Positions 21,085-31,747 are shown, counted from the first letter of the stretch. The stretch: 64,000 nt of DNA from an uncultured Acidimicrobiia bacterium (GCA_963821725.1 CAWGFA010000007.1:71914-135913), one strand, 5' to 3'. The notes: generated from the letters alone by a model not told the origin. Translations and numbers: made by a program.

Positions 21085-21500
21085 GCGCGATCCCCCATGA
21101 GGAGATGTTGCCTCAAACCGTCGCGGGAAGTGACGTGCTCGCTCATCATCGGACCAGCTGTGGAAGTCGCCGACTCGCCAGCGGCGAGTGCCGGAGGTTT
21201 GTTCAGTCGCTGATTCGGGCAGGCCGATGCCATGACCGTGGGGGCACACCCGGAAACTCGGGCTGATCCCGACACCGTCCGAGTGTCCGACGTCGGGCGC
21301 AGCGTGCAGCTGCTCCAACCGGCCGGGCAGCGTCTCGTGGCCGAGTGGCTTTCGGGTTCACCGTCGTGGCCGTTGCACCGGGCCGCGTTGTCGAGCGTCG
21401 CCGTTCGCCGGCAACACCCACGACCGACCGAGTAGGTCCGGACTGGCCGCCCACGTTGCCGTGGGGTGTTGGCACCTCGCCGAGACCACGACCTCGAGAC

Positions 21501-21552
21501 GTGGAGCCCGAAGCTGGGAATCGAACCGATGACCTGCTCATACGAGTCAGCT
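21501..21552 (-). repeat. degenerate copy of tRNA-Thr(CGT) 3' half (att-like scar)
   Basis: GTGGAGCCCGAagctGgGAATCGAACcgaTGACCTGCTCAT-ACGAGTcAGCT aligns with 42540-42591 in the same orientation. Confidence 0.8.
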
Positions 21553-21592
21553 CGGCGGGCTGAGGACCAGTGACGCTTCGTGCTCGCCGGTG

Positions 21593-21961
21593 TCATCTGT
21601 CGCGGTAGAAAAACAGTGCGTTGCCGTCGGGGTCGTATCGGCCGAACTCGCGGGTCCCCCATGCCGTGTCCTCTACGTCCCGATCGGCAAACACTGATGA
21701 GCGTGCACGGAACTCTGCGAGGAGTGAGTCGGGATCGTCGACCATGAACCGGTAGATGCAACGACCACCCTCAGCCCAACCAGGTTCGGGATGGCTCTGC
21801 ATGTGGACCTCCACCCCGTCGCGTCGGAGTCCGACATAGCCCGGCGGATCATCGCCGTCGTCGAACGCGACCTCGAACCCCATCGCCTCGCAGTACCACC
21901 CGATCGCGAGGCGCATGTCGCCCACCTCGACTACCGGGTGGACCGCAAGCAATCTCGGCAT
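21593..21961 (-). CDS. VOC/glyoxalase-bleomycin resistance family protein
   Basis: VHPVVEV.DM..AI.WY...GFEV...VEDTAWGTREF..YDPDGN.LFF. Confidence 0.87.
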   Translation of the reverse strand: MPRLLAVHPVVEVGDMRLAIGWYCEAMGFEVAFDDGDDPPGYVGLRRDGVEVHMQSHPEPGWAEGGRCIYRFMVDDPDSLLAEFRARSSVFADRDVEDTAWGTREFGRYDPDGNALFFYRDR

Positions 21962-21971
21962 GCTCCGAAGT

Positions 21972-22319
21972 TTACGAGCGGCGATTGGACCGGGAATCGA
22001 GGTTCACGGTCGCCCGCCTCGCCTGCGCGACCACCATCGACCGTTGTCGCACCAGCGAAAAATGCGGATCACGGCTCAAAGTGGCGTACAGACGCGCCTT
22101 GGTTCTTCGGCGCGCGAGCACCCGGTCGGCTGCATCCAAGGCAAGCAGCTCTGCGTGCACAAGGAGCCGTCGTTGCGCATGTTCTTGCGTGTGGGCGCGG
22201 CTGATCACATCTCCATCGACGACTACAACAGCGCCGATCGGCAACTCTCCGCGGTTCAGCCCGACCCGGGCCTCTTCGAGAGCGATGCGCATCCACTGCT
22301 CGTCATCTGACGGTGACAC
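21972..22319 (-). pseudogene. truncated nucleoside/tRNA-adenosine deaminase
   Basis: DEQWMRIALEEA...GELPIGAVVV...LVHAELLAL...RLYATL, then the frame breaks before PCxxC. Confidence 0.7.
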
Positions 22320-22538
22320 GTGTGCATGATGCCGAGATGGCCGGGCACCAGTCGAGCGAGAACGGCACTAGGTCGCTCCAAATGGAACATGCTGCCGCGC
22401 AGATCGGCAGCTCGGCGTTGTCATGGGCGGCTGGTGACGCGGCTCCTCAACGTCGATCGGTGTCGTCGGGGGGTCAGCGCCGGAGCGTGGCCTCCTGAGT
22501 GCGCCCGAGCCGGCGTCATGGAGCGGCCGTCGATGGGC

Positions 22539-22991
22539 TCAGAGATCCAGGGGCGCAGCGCTGGCCACGGCGGCCGGGTTCATCCGCCACTCCTCCGGGT
22601 GCGAATCGACGTAGAGCTCGACGGCGTTGCCGTCGGGGTCGCTCACGATCAGAGCCTTGCTAACCCGGAAGTCAAACGTCGCGTGCACCGGGATGCCCTT
22701 CGCGTCGATGTCGGCCTTGGCCGTCGCCAGCTCGCTGAAAGCGTCGCCGATCTTGAACGCGATGTGATGGAGCCCGATCGACTGGCGATCCGCGCCCGGA
22801 TCACCCTGCACGAGCGCGAGGTCGTGGTGGTTCTCGCCGGTCGACAGGAACACCATCGTCCCCTCGCCGAATTCGCCGCGAGCGACCTCCCGCAGGCCGA
22901 GGACGTCGCAGTAGAACGCGCACGAGGCGTCGACGTCGCGAACTCGGAGCACGACATGGCCGACCCTCGAGATCCGAAACGCAGCGCCCAC
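22539..22991 (-). CDS. VOC family protein (extradiol dioxygenase/glyoxalase-like)
   Basis: RVGHVVLRVRDV...FY.DVLGL...NHHDLAL...GLHHIAF...DPDGNAVELYVD. Confidence 0.87.
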   Translation of the reverse strand: MGAAFRISRVGHVVLRVRDVDASCAFYCDVLGLREVARGEFGEGTMVFLSTGENHHDLALVQGDPGADRQSIGLHHIAFKIGDAFSELATAKADIDAKGIPVHATFDFRVSKALIVSDPDGNAVELYVDSHPEEWRMNPAAVASAAPLDL

Positions 22992-23195
22992 CCACGTTCT
23001 CCGTTCAATCGACTCGACGACAACTCGGTGGACAGACAGTACCTCGGTCGATGTACCACAACCTGGGCTCGGAGGCGGGTCGGACAACCTGTGGGTGTGC
23101 GGCGCCGGCGACGCCGCGCTGGGGACCCTGGTCCCGCAACATCACCACGCGGCCACAGGACCTGAGCGCCAGACCCGGCCCGGCAGACAAACGGC

Positions 23196-23453
23196 TCAGG
23201 CCGGAGGGCCGCAGGCGACGAACTTGATGTAGTTCATCGCGTCCTTGGTCGACGCGTCATTGGCTTTCGCAACATTCCCGATGCCGTTCGCGCTGATGAA
23301 CGGCGAAATGTCGTTGCCCCGGGCGGTGTAAGCCGTCGTGGTCCCAACACAATTGTTCGGAGCACCCGAACTCGCATCCGCAAACGCCGGAGCCGCAACA
23401 GCAACAACCACGGCAACCGTGAACCCGACCGTAGCTAGAAGTTTCTTCATCAT
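23196..23453 (-). CDS. small secreted protein with two Cys
   Basis: MMKKLLATVGFTVAVVVAVAAPAFA signal peptide. GGAGG RBS. Confidence 0.7.
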   Translation of the reverse strand: MMKKLLATVGFTVAVVVAVAAPAFADASSGAPNNCVGTTTAYTARGNDISPFISANGIGNVAKANDASTKDAMNYIKFVACGPPA

Positions 23454-23606
23454 CCCCACCTCCGCGAACGCTCCCGCGAGTGCCCGCACCACGAATCATT
23501 GTCTGTCGAGCGACGAACCGAAAGACCCGGTTCGAAATGACCAACTGTGGGTGACCCTTCCGGACCCATGTCGAGCCAGCAGGCCATACGCGGAAATGCC
23601 GAGGCA

Positions 23607-23763
23607 TGAGCGAACTCTGGTCGCTCGCCCGAGTCGAGCAAATGCCGCAGGTCGATACTGATGGTTCCGCCGCGGTCGCCGGCGCTCGACCCGGAGTCGG
23701 CGATGGGATCGTACGACGAGTTGCTGGCCGCGCTCCGGGGAGCTCGAGCGGCTCCGCGGTTGA
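23607..23763 (+). CDS. possible small hypothetical protein (frameshifted)
   Basis: Stitched reading MSELWSLARVEQ/CRRSILMVPPRSPALD..AM..YDELLAALR/ELERLRG*. GAGG before ATG. Confidence 0.3.
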
Positions 23764-23811
23764 CGCACTTTGGGGTATTCGGCGACCGGTCTCGGGAGTT
23801 ACGTTCATCCT

Positions 23812-23870
23812 GAGGGCTGAGCCGGGAGAGAGGCTGCCACACACCCCCCGGCGGTCTCTCGTTGCGGGGT
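23812..23870 (+). ncRNA. candidate small RNA: hairpin with C-rich (6C-like) loop
   Basis: Stem GAGAGGCTGCC/GGCGGTCTCTC (two G-U pairs, + strand specific), loop ACACACCCCCC, TACGTT -10-like hexamer at 23800. Confidence 0.35.
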
Positions 23871-23996
23871 CTCGGAGATGCGGGCGGACAGCGCGCCGGG
23901 ACCTCGGCTCGCCCTCACTCCGCCCGGTACACGGCCTTCACGATTGGTGACGATGCCCGTCTCGTCGACCGGCGCGTTTGGGCGTCAGCGAGGGAG

Positions 23997-24139
23997 GTGC
24001 AGGAGCACGTGGCGGCTCGCCTCGCCTACTTCAAGGTCCGGCGCACGTCGAGTTCCGGACCGACGACTTGCCGCGAACCGCGACCGGCAAGGTGCTGAAG
24101 CGCGAACTGCGCGATGAGCTGAGCCGAGCCGGCCGCTGA
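23997..24139 (+). pseudogene. C-terminal remnant of an acyl-CoA synthetase (AMP-binding C domain)
   Basis: VQEHVAARLAYFKV/AHVEFRTDDLPRTATGKVLKRELRDEL, the A10 motif LPRTATGKV. No upstream body. Confidence 0.75.
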
Positions 24140-24199
24140 GCAACCGACCCAACCAAAGTCGCTTTCGACGTCGAAAGACACGGCGGCCGCCTGATGGAG

Positions 24200-25521
24200 T
24201 TAGCCGAGCAGGGCCAGGATGTCGACCTGCTTGTCGTCGACAACGAACTCCGCCGTGCTCGAGTCCCAGTGACCCGTCCAGTACATCGGGTTCGACATTC
24301 CCTTGAAGATCGCGTTGGTCGACTGCTTCGACGGTGTCCACGGTGGCATGAGGTCGAACATCGGAATGTCCTTCGCGGCGTCGAAGGCCGCCTTGACGGT
24401 GGCGCGGTTGATGTCGGCGGGCTTTGCGTCTCGCATCACCTTCACGAGTGAGTACACCGCCAACCACCCATTGGTGGCCTGAGCGGTGACCGAGCCCTTG
24501 GTGAGGTTTGTTTTGCCGGCGGCTTTGAAGTCGTCCAGCATCACGTTGAAGATCGGCCATCGGGGCGAGTTCGCGACGACGGGCGGAACTGCGTCGGTGA
24601 AGGCCATGTTCGACTGGATTCCGGCGGGCAGGTCGGTGACGCCTTTCTGGGTGAGCGTCCCCCAACTGCTCGAGAACTTCAGTGGGCTGCTCAGCGAGTC
24701 GGCGGCGTCGAGGACCTGACTGGCGACGTTGCCCGGTAGGCCGAGGATCGCGCCGTCGGCGCCGTCGTTCTGGGCCTTGAGCACGAACTGAGTGAACTCG
24801 ACAGCCGTCGGCGGGATCTGAATGATCTCAAGCAGGTTCATGCCGAGGGCTTTGACGAGCGGGCCCGCGAACGCGGCCAGCGCTCCCGTTTGGCCTGTGA
24901 CCGGAACGAAGATGACGAACTTCTTGACCCCGACATTGTTGAGCGCCGGCATGCCCGCGAACAGGGTGCCGGACGCGCCCATGTTGAACTCGTAGCTGAC
25001 GGGCGAATTCCACCCCCCGGGCAGCGCCACCTGTGCGCCGACCTGCGGTAAGCCGGCCGACTCGAAGAGCTGGTACGCATCCCCCTCGCTCACCAAGAAC
25101 GTCGACGCGAGCCCGGCAACCATGCTGGCGTCTTCGGTCTCTTGGCGGGCGCACGCCAACTCCGTGGGACCGTCGCCCTTGCCGTCGCACACCTTGAGGT
25201 CCAAGCACCGGCCCGAGATGCCGCCGCGCGCGTTGAACGCTGCTACCGCCGCTTGCGTCCCGTCCACGTAGTCCTTCAGCGACGTGCCAGCGATGTCGAT
25301 TGGCTCGCTGATCCCGACGGTGACCTTGGGCTGGGAGGCGCTGCACGCCGGATCCTGCCAGCCGCCCAGCGCGACGAAGTCCGCCGCTCCCCCGCTACCG
25401 GGCGCAGGGCTGGACGAGCCGCCGCGGCCGTGTCGGTCTTCTTGTCGCTGCTGCACCCGACCACGAACGTGGCCAGCGCGACGAGCGCTGCCAGTACTCG
25501 GTAAGCGGATTTGCGTTTCAT
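24200..25521 (-). CDS. ABC transporter substrate-binding lipoprotein (LivJ-like fold), frameshift near 25430
   Basis: MKRKSAYRVLAALVALATFVVGC lipobox, AAVAAFNARGGISGRCLDLKVCD. Confidence 0.8.
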
Positions 25522-25619
25522 GTGTGTGGCCAAGCGCAGGTTTCGACGACATGGTCGTCGACGCTCACGAGGATCAATCCGTCCTTGTTCATCGGTCCCC
25601 CATCTGGTGGCGATCGACC
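25518..25619 (-). pseudogene. 5' fragment of amidohydrolase gene plus its leader (paralog of 31814-31890)
   Basis: 73/77 nt identical (25543-25619 versus 31814-31890). Reads MNKDGLILVSVDDHVVE then diverges, and its stop overlaps the SBP ATG. Confidence 0.85.
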
Positions 25620-25626
25620 GACGAGG

Positions 25627-26465
25627 TCACTCGCCGTCGATCAGGTCGGCCCAGGCGGCCTGGTGCCGACCGGTGTAGCGGGCGCCCTGGAAGCCGCCGT
25701 CGACGGCGAACACCTCGCCGGCCACGTAGCCGAGCCGCGGGCTGCCGAGCATCACGAGCGGCCACGCCTGCTCCTCGGCCCGTGCGTAGCGACCGATCGG
25801 TCCGACGGCCTGGTCCACGACCTCCTTGGTCGCGAAGTCCTGGAACGCCGGCATCATCGCCGTGTCGGTGGGCCCGGGGTTGATGCAGTTGATCCGGATG
25901 CCCGACGCCGCGAGGTCGGGGTACCAGTACCCGACCCACGCATCGACGACCCACTTCGAGAAGAGGTAGCCGCTCCAGGACCACTTCTCCTCGTTGGCCT
26001 CGAGCCACGCGACCGCCTCATCAAACCCTTCGGTCGCGAGGAGCGGTCCGATGGTCTCCATCTGGTCCCACCAGCCCGACCGCCGCCGATGACGAGATCG
26101 CCGAGATCGACGAGCCGGATCGCATCTTCGACACGAGCTGCTCGGCGAGATGACGAGCCCCGACGAAGTTCACCTTCATCGTGTCGAGCTCCGAGAACGG
26201 CGGGCCGGGCAGGCCGGCGCAGCTGAACAGGCCGTCGAGCGGGCCCTCGATCGCGGCGGCCGCTTCCTCGATCGCCGCTCGATCGCGGAGATCCACCTCG
26301 ATCGAACCGGGCTACGGGTACGACGGTGGGGTTGATGTCGATCGCCGTCACGTCGGCGCCGAGGTCGACGAGGATCTGCGCGGTCGCAGCCCCCATCCCC
26401 GATGCGGCGCCGGTGACCACCACCGCAGCACCCTGGTATCCGAGCACGTCGTCCATCGGTTGCAT
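25627..26465 (-). CDS. SDR oxidoreductase (coniferyl-alcohol/3-alpha-HSD-like), frameshifted
   Basis: VVVTGAASGMG, VNFVG, ISS, YLFSK, GIRINCINPGPTDTAM, VDGG. Confidence 0.85.
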
Positions 26466-26489
26466 TTAAGATGGTGATGACTATCTTCG
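26466..26489. promoter_or_regulatory. putative TetR operator (copy 1)
   Basis: TTAAGATGGTGATGACTATCTTcg in the 37-bp SDR/TetR divergent gap. 21 of the first 22 nt are identical to 31748-31769. Confidence 0.75.
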
Positions 26490-26502
26490 CAAGAGGAGCG
26501 AG

Positions 26503-27144
26503 ATGTCGAAGGACAGCGGCACGATTGCGAAGGCCACACGCCGGCCGCGGGGAGCGCCTCGGACGCTGCTCCTCGAGGCCGCTCGCACGCTGTTCGCCCG
26601 CCAGGACTACCGGAGCACCACCACCAAGGAGATCGCGGAGGAAGCCGGCGTCCTCGAGCATCTGCTGTTCCGGCACTTCGGTTCGAAGGCCGCCCTCTTC
26701 AACCAGGCTGTCGTCGTGCCGTTCATGCAGATCATCGACGACTTCAGCTCCAGGTGGGAGTCCTTGGTCCCGCGGCCGGAGAGCGCCGAGGCCGTCGGCC
26801 GCGAGTTCCTCGGCGCGCTCTACGACCTCTTCCTGGAGAACCGCGGTCTCCTGATGACCTTGTGGGCAGCGGACGCGCTGACCGAGGACGAGCTGGCCGA
26901 CACCGGGATCGCCGACATCGACAGCGCTATCGCGATCCTCGGCCAGCTCGGTGGGAAGGGCCTCGACATCCTCGGGATCCACGCGAACCACCAGGATCTC
27001 GCCGCTCGGTCGAACGTGGCCATGGTGGCCGGAATGGCTGCGTTCGGCGCCACGTTCTTCGGCGGAACCCGGCCACCGCGGGACGTCATCGTCGAGGAGC
27101 TCACGCAGGCCACGCTCCACGGCTTCCTCCATCGAGGCAGCTGA
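26503..27144 (+). CDS. TetR/AcrR family transcriptional regulator
   Basis: LLLEAARTLFARQDYRSTTTKEIAEEAGVLEHLLFRHFGSKAALF. GAGGAG RBS. Confidence 0.92.
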   Translation: MSKDSGTIAKATRRPRGAPRTLLLEAARTLFARQDYRSTTTKEIAEEAGVLEHLLFRHFGSKAALFNQAVVVPFMQIIDDFSSRWESLVPRPESAEAVGREFLGALYDLFLENRGLLMTLWAADALTEDELADTGIADIDSAIAILGQLGGKGLDILGIHANHQDLAARSNVAMVAGMAAFGATFFGGTRPPRDVIVEELTQATLHGFLHRGS

Positions 27145-27279
27145 CACGACGAGGACGGGCAGACCAGTGCGCTCAGCCGGCGCGACGGCGAGGGCGGGTG
27201 GCGTGCCCCGTTGCGACCCGCGGGCTCCAGTGCACCCTCGGGGCTGACAGTCAGTCGAAGACGTTCGCCGGGACGCGAG

Positions 27280-27425
27280 GCGTAGAGCGACGCGTCTCCT
27301 CGCTGCGCCGCCTGTTCGAGTCGTTCGCGGAGTGCGTCGTCGGCCGAGGGTGGAAACACCAGCTCAGTTGAGGTGGTCGTCACGACGTTGATGCCACCGG
27401 CGAGCAGTCGTTCGTAGTCGGGCAC
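27280..27425 (-). pseudogene. internal fragment of a DapB-like/amine dehydrogenase paralog
   Basis: VPDYERLLAGGINVVTTTSTELVFP...RERLEQAAQRGDASLYAS versus VPDYERILAAGVNVVTTTSTTLINP...RERLEAAARAGGASIYAS at about 29150-29300. Confidence 0.8.
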
Positions 27426-27446
27426 AGACGACCCGCTTGGGAATGA

Positions 27447-28457
27447 TCACGGTGCTCGCTCCTTGTAGCTGCGCTCAGCTGCGCGCTCGGGCGACGACAT
27501 GGACGGCTCTTTCGAGATAGGGCCAGGCGACGTCGGGTGCCAGCCCGCCGCAGAGCGGCAGCAGCGGCAGGATGGAACCGGCACGGATGAGGTCGATGGC
27601 CTCGTCGACGGTGACGATCCGATACGCAGCGGTCGTCGCGGAGCTCCTCGATGGTGGTGGCGGTGCTGATGCTGGCGACCGACGGTCTCGCCGTGGCGGT
27701 AGGACGCCGCGGTCATCGCGTCGTGCAGCAGGTGACGACCGAGTCTCGTCCCAGGCCGCGGTCGACGTCGTCGGCGACGAACATCACCGTCGCCGGCCGG
27801 GCGTCCGGGATCTGGACGAAGTCCCGGCTCGTGCCCGGCCTGCTCGGCACGCCTGCTCGTAGGCGTCGGCGAGGCCGGGCGTCGCGGATTGGGCGATCAG
27901 CCCGAGGCCGAAGCGTCCGGCCCGTCGAGCGCGCGGCGAGGCTCCCGCCGCCGATGAAGAGCTGCGGACCGCCGCTCGTCGGCGCAGGCGTGATGCGCGT
28001 CGATCGCGCGGCGTCCGCGACCTCGTCGCCGTCGCAGGAGTTCGAGCAGCATCGCCAGCTGTTGTCGGCCCGGGCGCCGCGACCTCGTCGGCTCGAGACC
28101 GAAGTGCGTCGAACTCCTCTCGTCGGTGACCGACGCCGAGGACGTACGACGACCCGACCGCGGCTGATGATGTCGAGCACGGCGATGTCCTCGGCCAGCC
28201 GGACCGGCTCGTAGAACGGCAGGACGACCGCGGCGACCAGGATCGGTAGCGTGCTCGGTGCGGGCCGCCATCGCCGCCGCGAGGACCAGATGGCGAGGGC
28301 AGGTGGCGGTCGTCCGGTCGCGTGGTGCTCGGAGAGCACGGCGACCACGGCACCGCGGCCCTCGGCCCACGCCGCCATGTCGATCGCGGCGGCGTAGAGG
28401 TCCTCGATCGGCGGCGCCCCAGTCGGGCGCCCGCATGTCGAAGCGAAGGGTGAACAT
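27447..28457 (-). CDS. LLM-class flavin-dependent oxidoreductase (many frameshifts)
   Basis: MFTLRFDMRAP, VLSEHH, LPFYEPVRLAEDIAVLDIISRGRV, GGGS..AARRAGRFGL. Confidence 0.8.
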
Positions 28458-28463
28458 CGTCGG

Positions 28464-29576
28464 TCAGACGCGGAAGGACGTGTCGGGGAACGGTGAGCGG
28501 CATCTCCAGCGACCGCAGCAGGCCAGGCTCGGCGTCGACCACGTAGGGCACCGCGTTCACGACGCGCATGGCGGTGGCCAGCATGGCGCCGGCGCCGCTG
28601 CCCATCGTCGGGATGCCCGCCTCGGCCGGGTCGTCGAGGGTCGGCGTGAACCAGCAGTCGAAGTTCGGCTTGCCTTCGAGCACGACCCGGTACGTCAGGT
28701 CGGCCTCGCCGATGGGCCAGTCGGTGCCGACGTGGCGGGCGAGGCGGGTGATGTGGTCGATGACGATCGCCTCGCGACCGTCGACGACGCCGATCGCCTG
28801 GAAGCGGATCGCACCGCTGGTGCCGGGTTCGACCGTGCCGAAGGCGGTCTCGATCGGCTGATCGGTCAGCCGCCGGTCGTAGGTCTCGCGGATCTCGTCG
28901 ATCTCGACGCCGAGACCGTCGGCGATGAAGCGGACCTGGCCCTGGAACTCGCCGGCGATGGCACCGGGCAGCATGATCCACGGCTCGAAGTCCAAGCGGC
29001 TGACCGAAGCCGAGCGCGTCGACCATGATCTCCTTGACGCCGTAGTCGTCGTAGAGCGCGATCTCGTAGCAGTGGATCTTGCAGACCGACCGGGACGCGG
29101 TGGACAGGACCAGCGGGAGGTAGTCGCACAGGAAGCCCGGGCTCGATGCCCGAGGCGTAGATCGACGCTCCCCCGGCGCGCGCCGCCGCCTCGAGGCGCT
29201 CGCGGTGCGCCGGCACGTAGGCGAACGGGTTGATCAGGGTCGTCGACGTCGTCGTGACGACGTTGACCCCGGCGGCGAGGATCCGTTCGTAGTCGGGCAC
29301 GGCGCCGGCGTCTCGGTCCGGTCCGCTCGCCGCGTAGATCACGCAGTCCGGCTCGAGCGCGAGGAGCGCGTCGACGTCATCGGTCGCCGTCACGCCGATC
29401 GGGACGCCGTTGGCCAGCTCCCCGGCGTCGCGGCCGACCTTGTCGGCGGAGTGGACCCACACCCCGACGAGCTCGAGGTCGGGTCGTTCGTTCACGGCGA
29501 CGATCGAGAGCGATCCGATCCCCCCCGTCGACCAGACGACGACGCGCTTCACGTCTCCTGATGCTGCCTCGGTCAT
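28464..29576 (-). CDS. dihydrodipicolinate-reductase-like NAD(P)H-dependent amine dehydrogenase family protein (frameshifts)
   Basis: KRVVVWSTGGIG, LELVGVWVHSADKVGRDAGEL, ASGIEPG, ATAMRVVNAVPYVVDAEPG. Confidence 0.82.
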
Positions 29577-30795
29577 GGCTGCTCCTCTTCGGTTCGGCCG
29601 GACGGGCAGGTAGCCCCACCCGCGGACGCTGGCGGTGTGGGCCATCTGCCCTCGGTCGACGTCGACGTCCCACTCCGGCCAGCGTCGCAGGATCTCCTCG
29701 AGCGCGACGCGGCCCTCGAGCCGGGCGAGCGCGGCGCCGAGGCAGAAGTGGAGCCCGTAGCCGAACGACCAGGTGCGGCGCCCTCGTCGCGGTGGACGTC
29801 GAAGCGATCGGGTTCGCGCCAGTGACGCTCGTCGCGGTTGGCGGCGCCGTTCAGGAGCAACATGATCGAGCCCTCGGGGACGATCGTCCCGTGCAGCTCG
29901 ACGTCGCGCTGCACCCACCGCGCCTGCACCGGCGACGGCGACTCGAGCCGCAGGATCTCCTCGATCGCGGTCGGGATCGAGCGACGGGTCCTCGACGAGC
30001 AGACGTCGCTGGTCCGGGTGCTGGGCGAGCAGCTGCATCGTGAACCCGATGAGGCGGGTCGCCGTCTCGTTGCCGGCGCCGGCGACCATGCTGGCGTAGG
30101 TGACGACCTCGTCTCGGGTGAGCGGACGCCGCGACCCGTCGGGCTCGTCGACCTCGGCGTTCAGCAGCTCGGTCATGAGGTCGTCGGACGGGTTCTGCGA
30201 ACGCCACTCGACGTAGTCGCCAGCACGGACAGGACCGCGTCGAACGACGACTGGTCGAACGAGATCGGCGCGCCGTCGGTGGCGATCGCGTCGTCGGTGC
30301 TCTTGCGGTACACGTCCTGATCGGCCTCGGGGATGCCGAAGAGGAAGCCGATCGTGCGCAGCGGGATCTCGACGCCGAACTCGGCGATGATGTCGAACTC
30401 GTCCCGGCCGACGGAGCGCGTCGAGCGCCCGGACGCTGTAGCTCCGCACCAGCGGCTCGAGGTCGAGCATCCGCCGGGGGGTGAAGACCCGCGACAGCAG
30501 GGCCCGGTGCGCGTCGTGGATCGGCGGATCCTCGAAGAGGAGGATCCCCGGTGGGATCTCGACCCCGGCCTTCACGATCTCGAGCACGGTGCCGCGCCCG
30601 GAGCGGTAGGTCTCCCAGTCGAGCAGCGCCGGCTTGACGTCGTCCCACCGGCTCAGCGCCCAGAACTCGTGCTCCTCGTTCCGGTACAGCGGCGCCTCGT
30701 CCTGGAGGCGCGTCCAGGTCGGGATAGGGGTCGTCGTCGATGTCGACGTCGTAGGGGTCGTAGCGGACCGCTGATGCGGGGGTCGTCGGCGTCAC
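29573..30795 (-). CDS. cytochrome P450 (frameshifts)
   Basis: YDPY...DPY, DPPIH...R, AGAGNETAT, E..R, AANRDERHW, heme motif FGYGLHFCLGAALARLE. Confidence 0.9.
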
Positions 30796-31615
30796 GCTGT
30801 CCTTCGATCGCTGGTCGTCCGGTGGCCACCGTGCGGCTGGTTCTGCACGCCGGGGAACAGCTGCTCGGTCGGGCCGGCGGTGACGTCGCCCCGCAGCTTC
30901 GTGATGAGGTGGGGCGCGAACACCGCCAGGTAGAGGACGTGGCCGACGACGACGACGGCGACGATCGACAGGAGCGCCGACGTCAGGCGGCTCGTCGTCC
31001 TCGAGTCGGCCCAGATCTCGATGACGTTGCGACCGTCCGCATCGGTCCGGCCGAGCAGGTAGGCGAACACCATCATCTGCAGCGCCATCGCGATCGCGTC
31101 GTAGACCGGGTACTGGTGCTTCGTGCCCTCGAAGATCGCGAGCCCGGGGATCACGCGGCCGTAGTAGAAGACGCCGAGGCGGGCGCCGAGCATCGCGTTG
31201 AACAGCAACGCCCACACGAAGCCGACGGCGAAGCCGACGCCCAGCAGCGCGAGCGGCCGCCGCCACCCGAACCTCGCGCTCGCCCGGCGCCCCAGCGCCG
31301 CACCGATCACCGCCGGCAGCACGAAGTAGGACGATGTAGCCGATCGGCACCGACGCCGGCAGCCCACCCCAGGTCATGTTCATCGGCCACCACGACGGCA
31401 TCCGCGGGATCGCCGGACGGGAACTGCGCGTACATCGCCCAGTCGTACGGCGCCTCGATCCACGAGATCGCGATGGCCGAGATGCACACGAGCAGCAGCG
31501 GGTGCAGGCGACGGCGCCGCCAGCTGAGGTAGATCCCGGCGACGAGGAACGCGATCCCGCCGACGTAGGCGAACGCGATCGACGCCGTCAGCAGCGGCGT
31601 CAGCTCGTCGTTCAC
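30792..31615 (-). CDS. AveC/spirocyclase-like multi-TM membrane protein (frameshifts)
   Basis: Multiple TM helices, SWIEAPYDWAMYAQF, FYYGRVIPGLAIFEGTKHQYPVYD. Shares the Y..VIP....G...Q[YF]P..[DE] motif with 38956..40087. Confidence 0.7.
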
Positions 31616-31624
31616 CCGTCGCCC

Positions 31625-31729
31625 TCACCGTCCGCGGTCGCGACGCGCTTCCGGGTCGAACCGGAGCACCAGACCGACGATCAGGACGATCACGCCGAAC
31701 AGCGTGCCGAGCATGATCGCAGCACCCAT
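31625..31729 (-). CDS. 34-aa single-TM microprotein
   Basis: MGAAIMLGTLFGVIVLIVGLVLRFDPEARRDRGR*, first gene of the leftward operon, GC-rich third positions. Confidence 0.6.
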   Translation of the reverse strand: MGAAIMLGTLFGVIVLIVGLVLRFDPEARRDRGR

Positions 31730-31747
31730 GTCCGCACCCCTTGCCGC

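Noticed and set aside
21090-21500. Unassigned ~400 bp next to the att-like scar
   Set aside because: No convincing ORF, integrase motif or repeat could be recognised by eye.
22060-22085. TGA where the deaminase PC(xxC) cysteine should be, suggesting possible selenocysteine
   Set aside because: It needs a frameshift to be in frame, no second Cys follows and downstream similarity is lost. Truncation is the simpler explanation.
29748-29757. GTGGAGCCCG match to the tRNA 3' end inside the P450 gene
   Set aside because: Only 10 bp, within the heme-motif coding sequence, so a chance match.
28866-30587. 573-aa ORF apparently fusing a P450 to a DapB-like dehydrogenase
   Set aside because: Result of frame slips. 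A GGAG RBS and an ATGA overlap at 29573-29576 indicate two separate genes.
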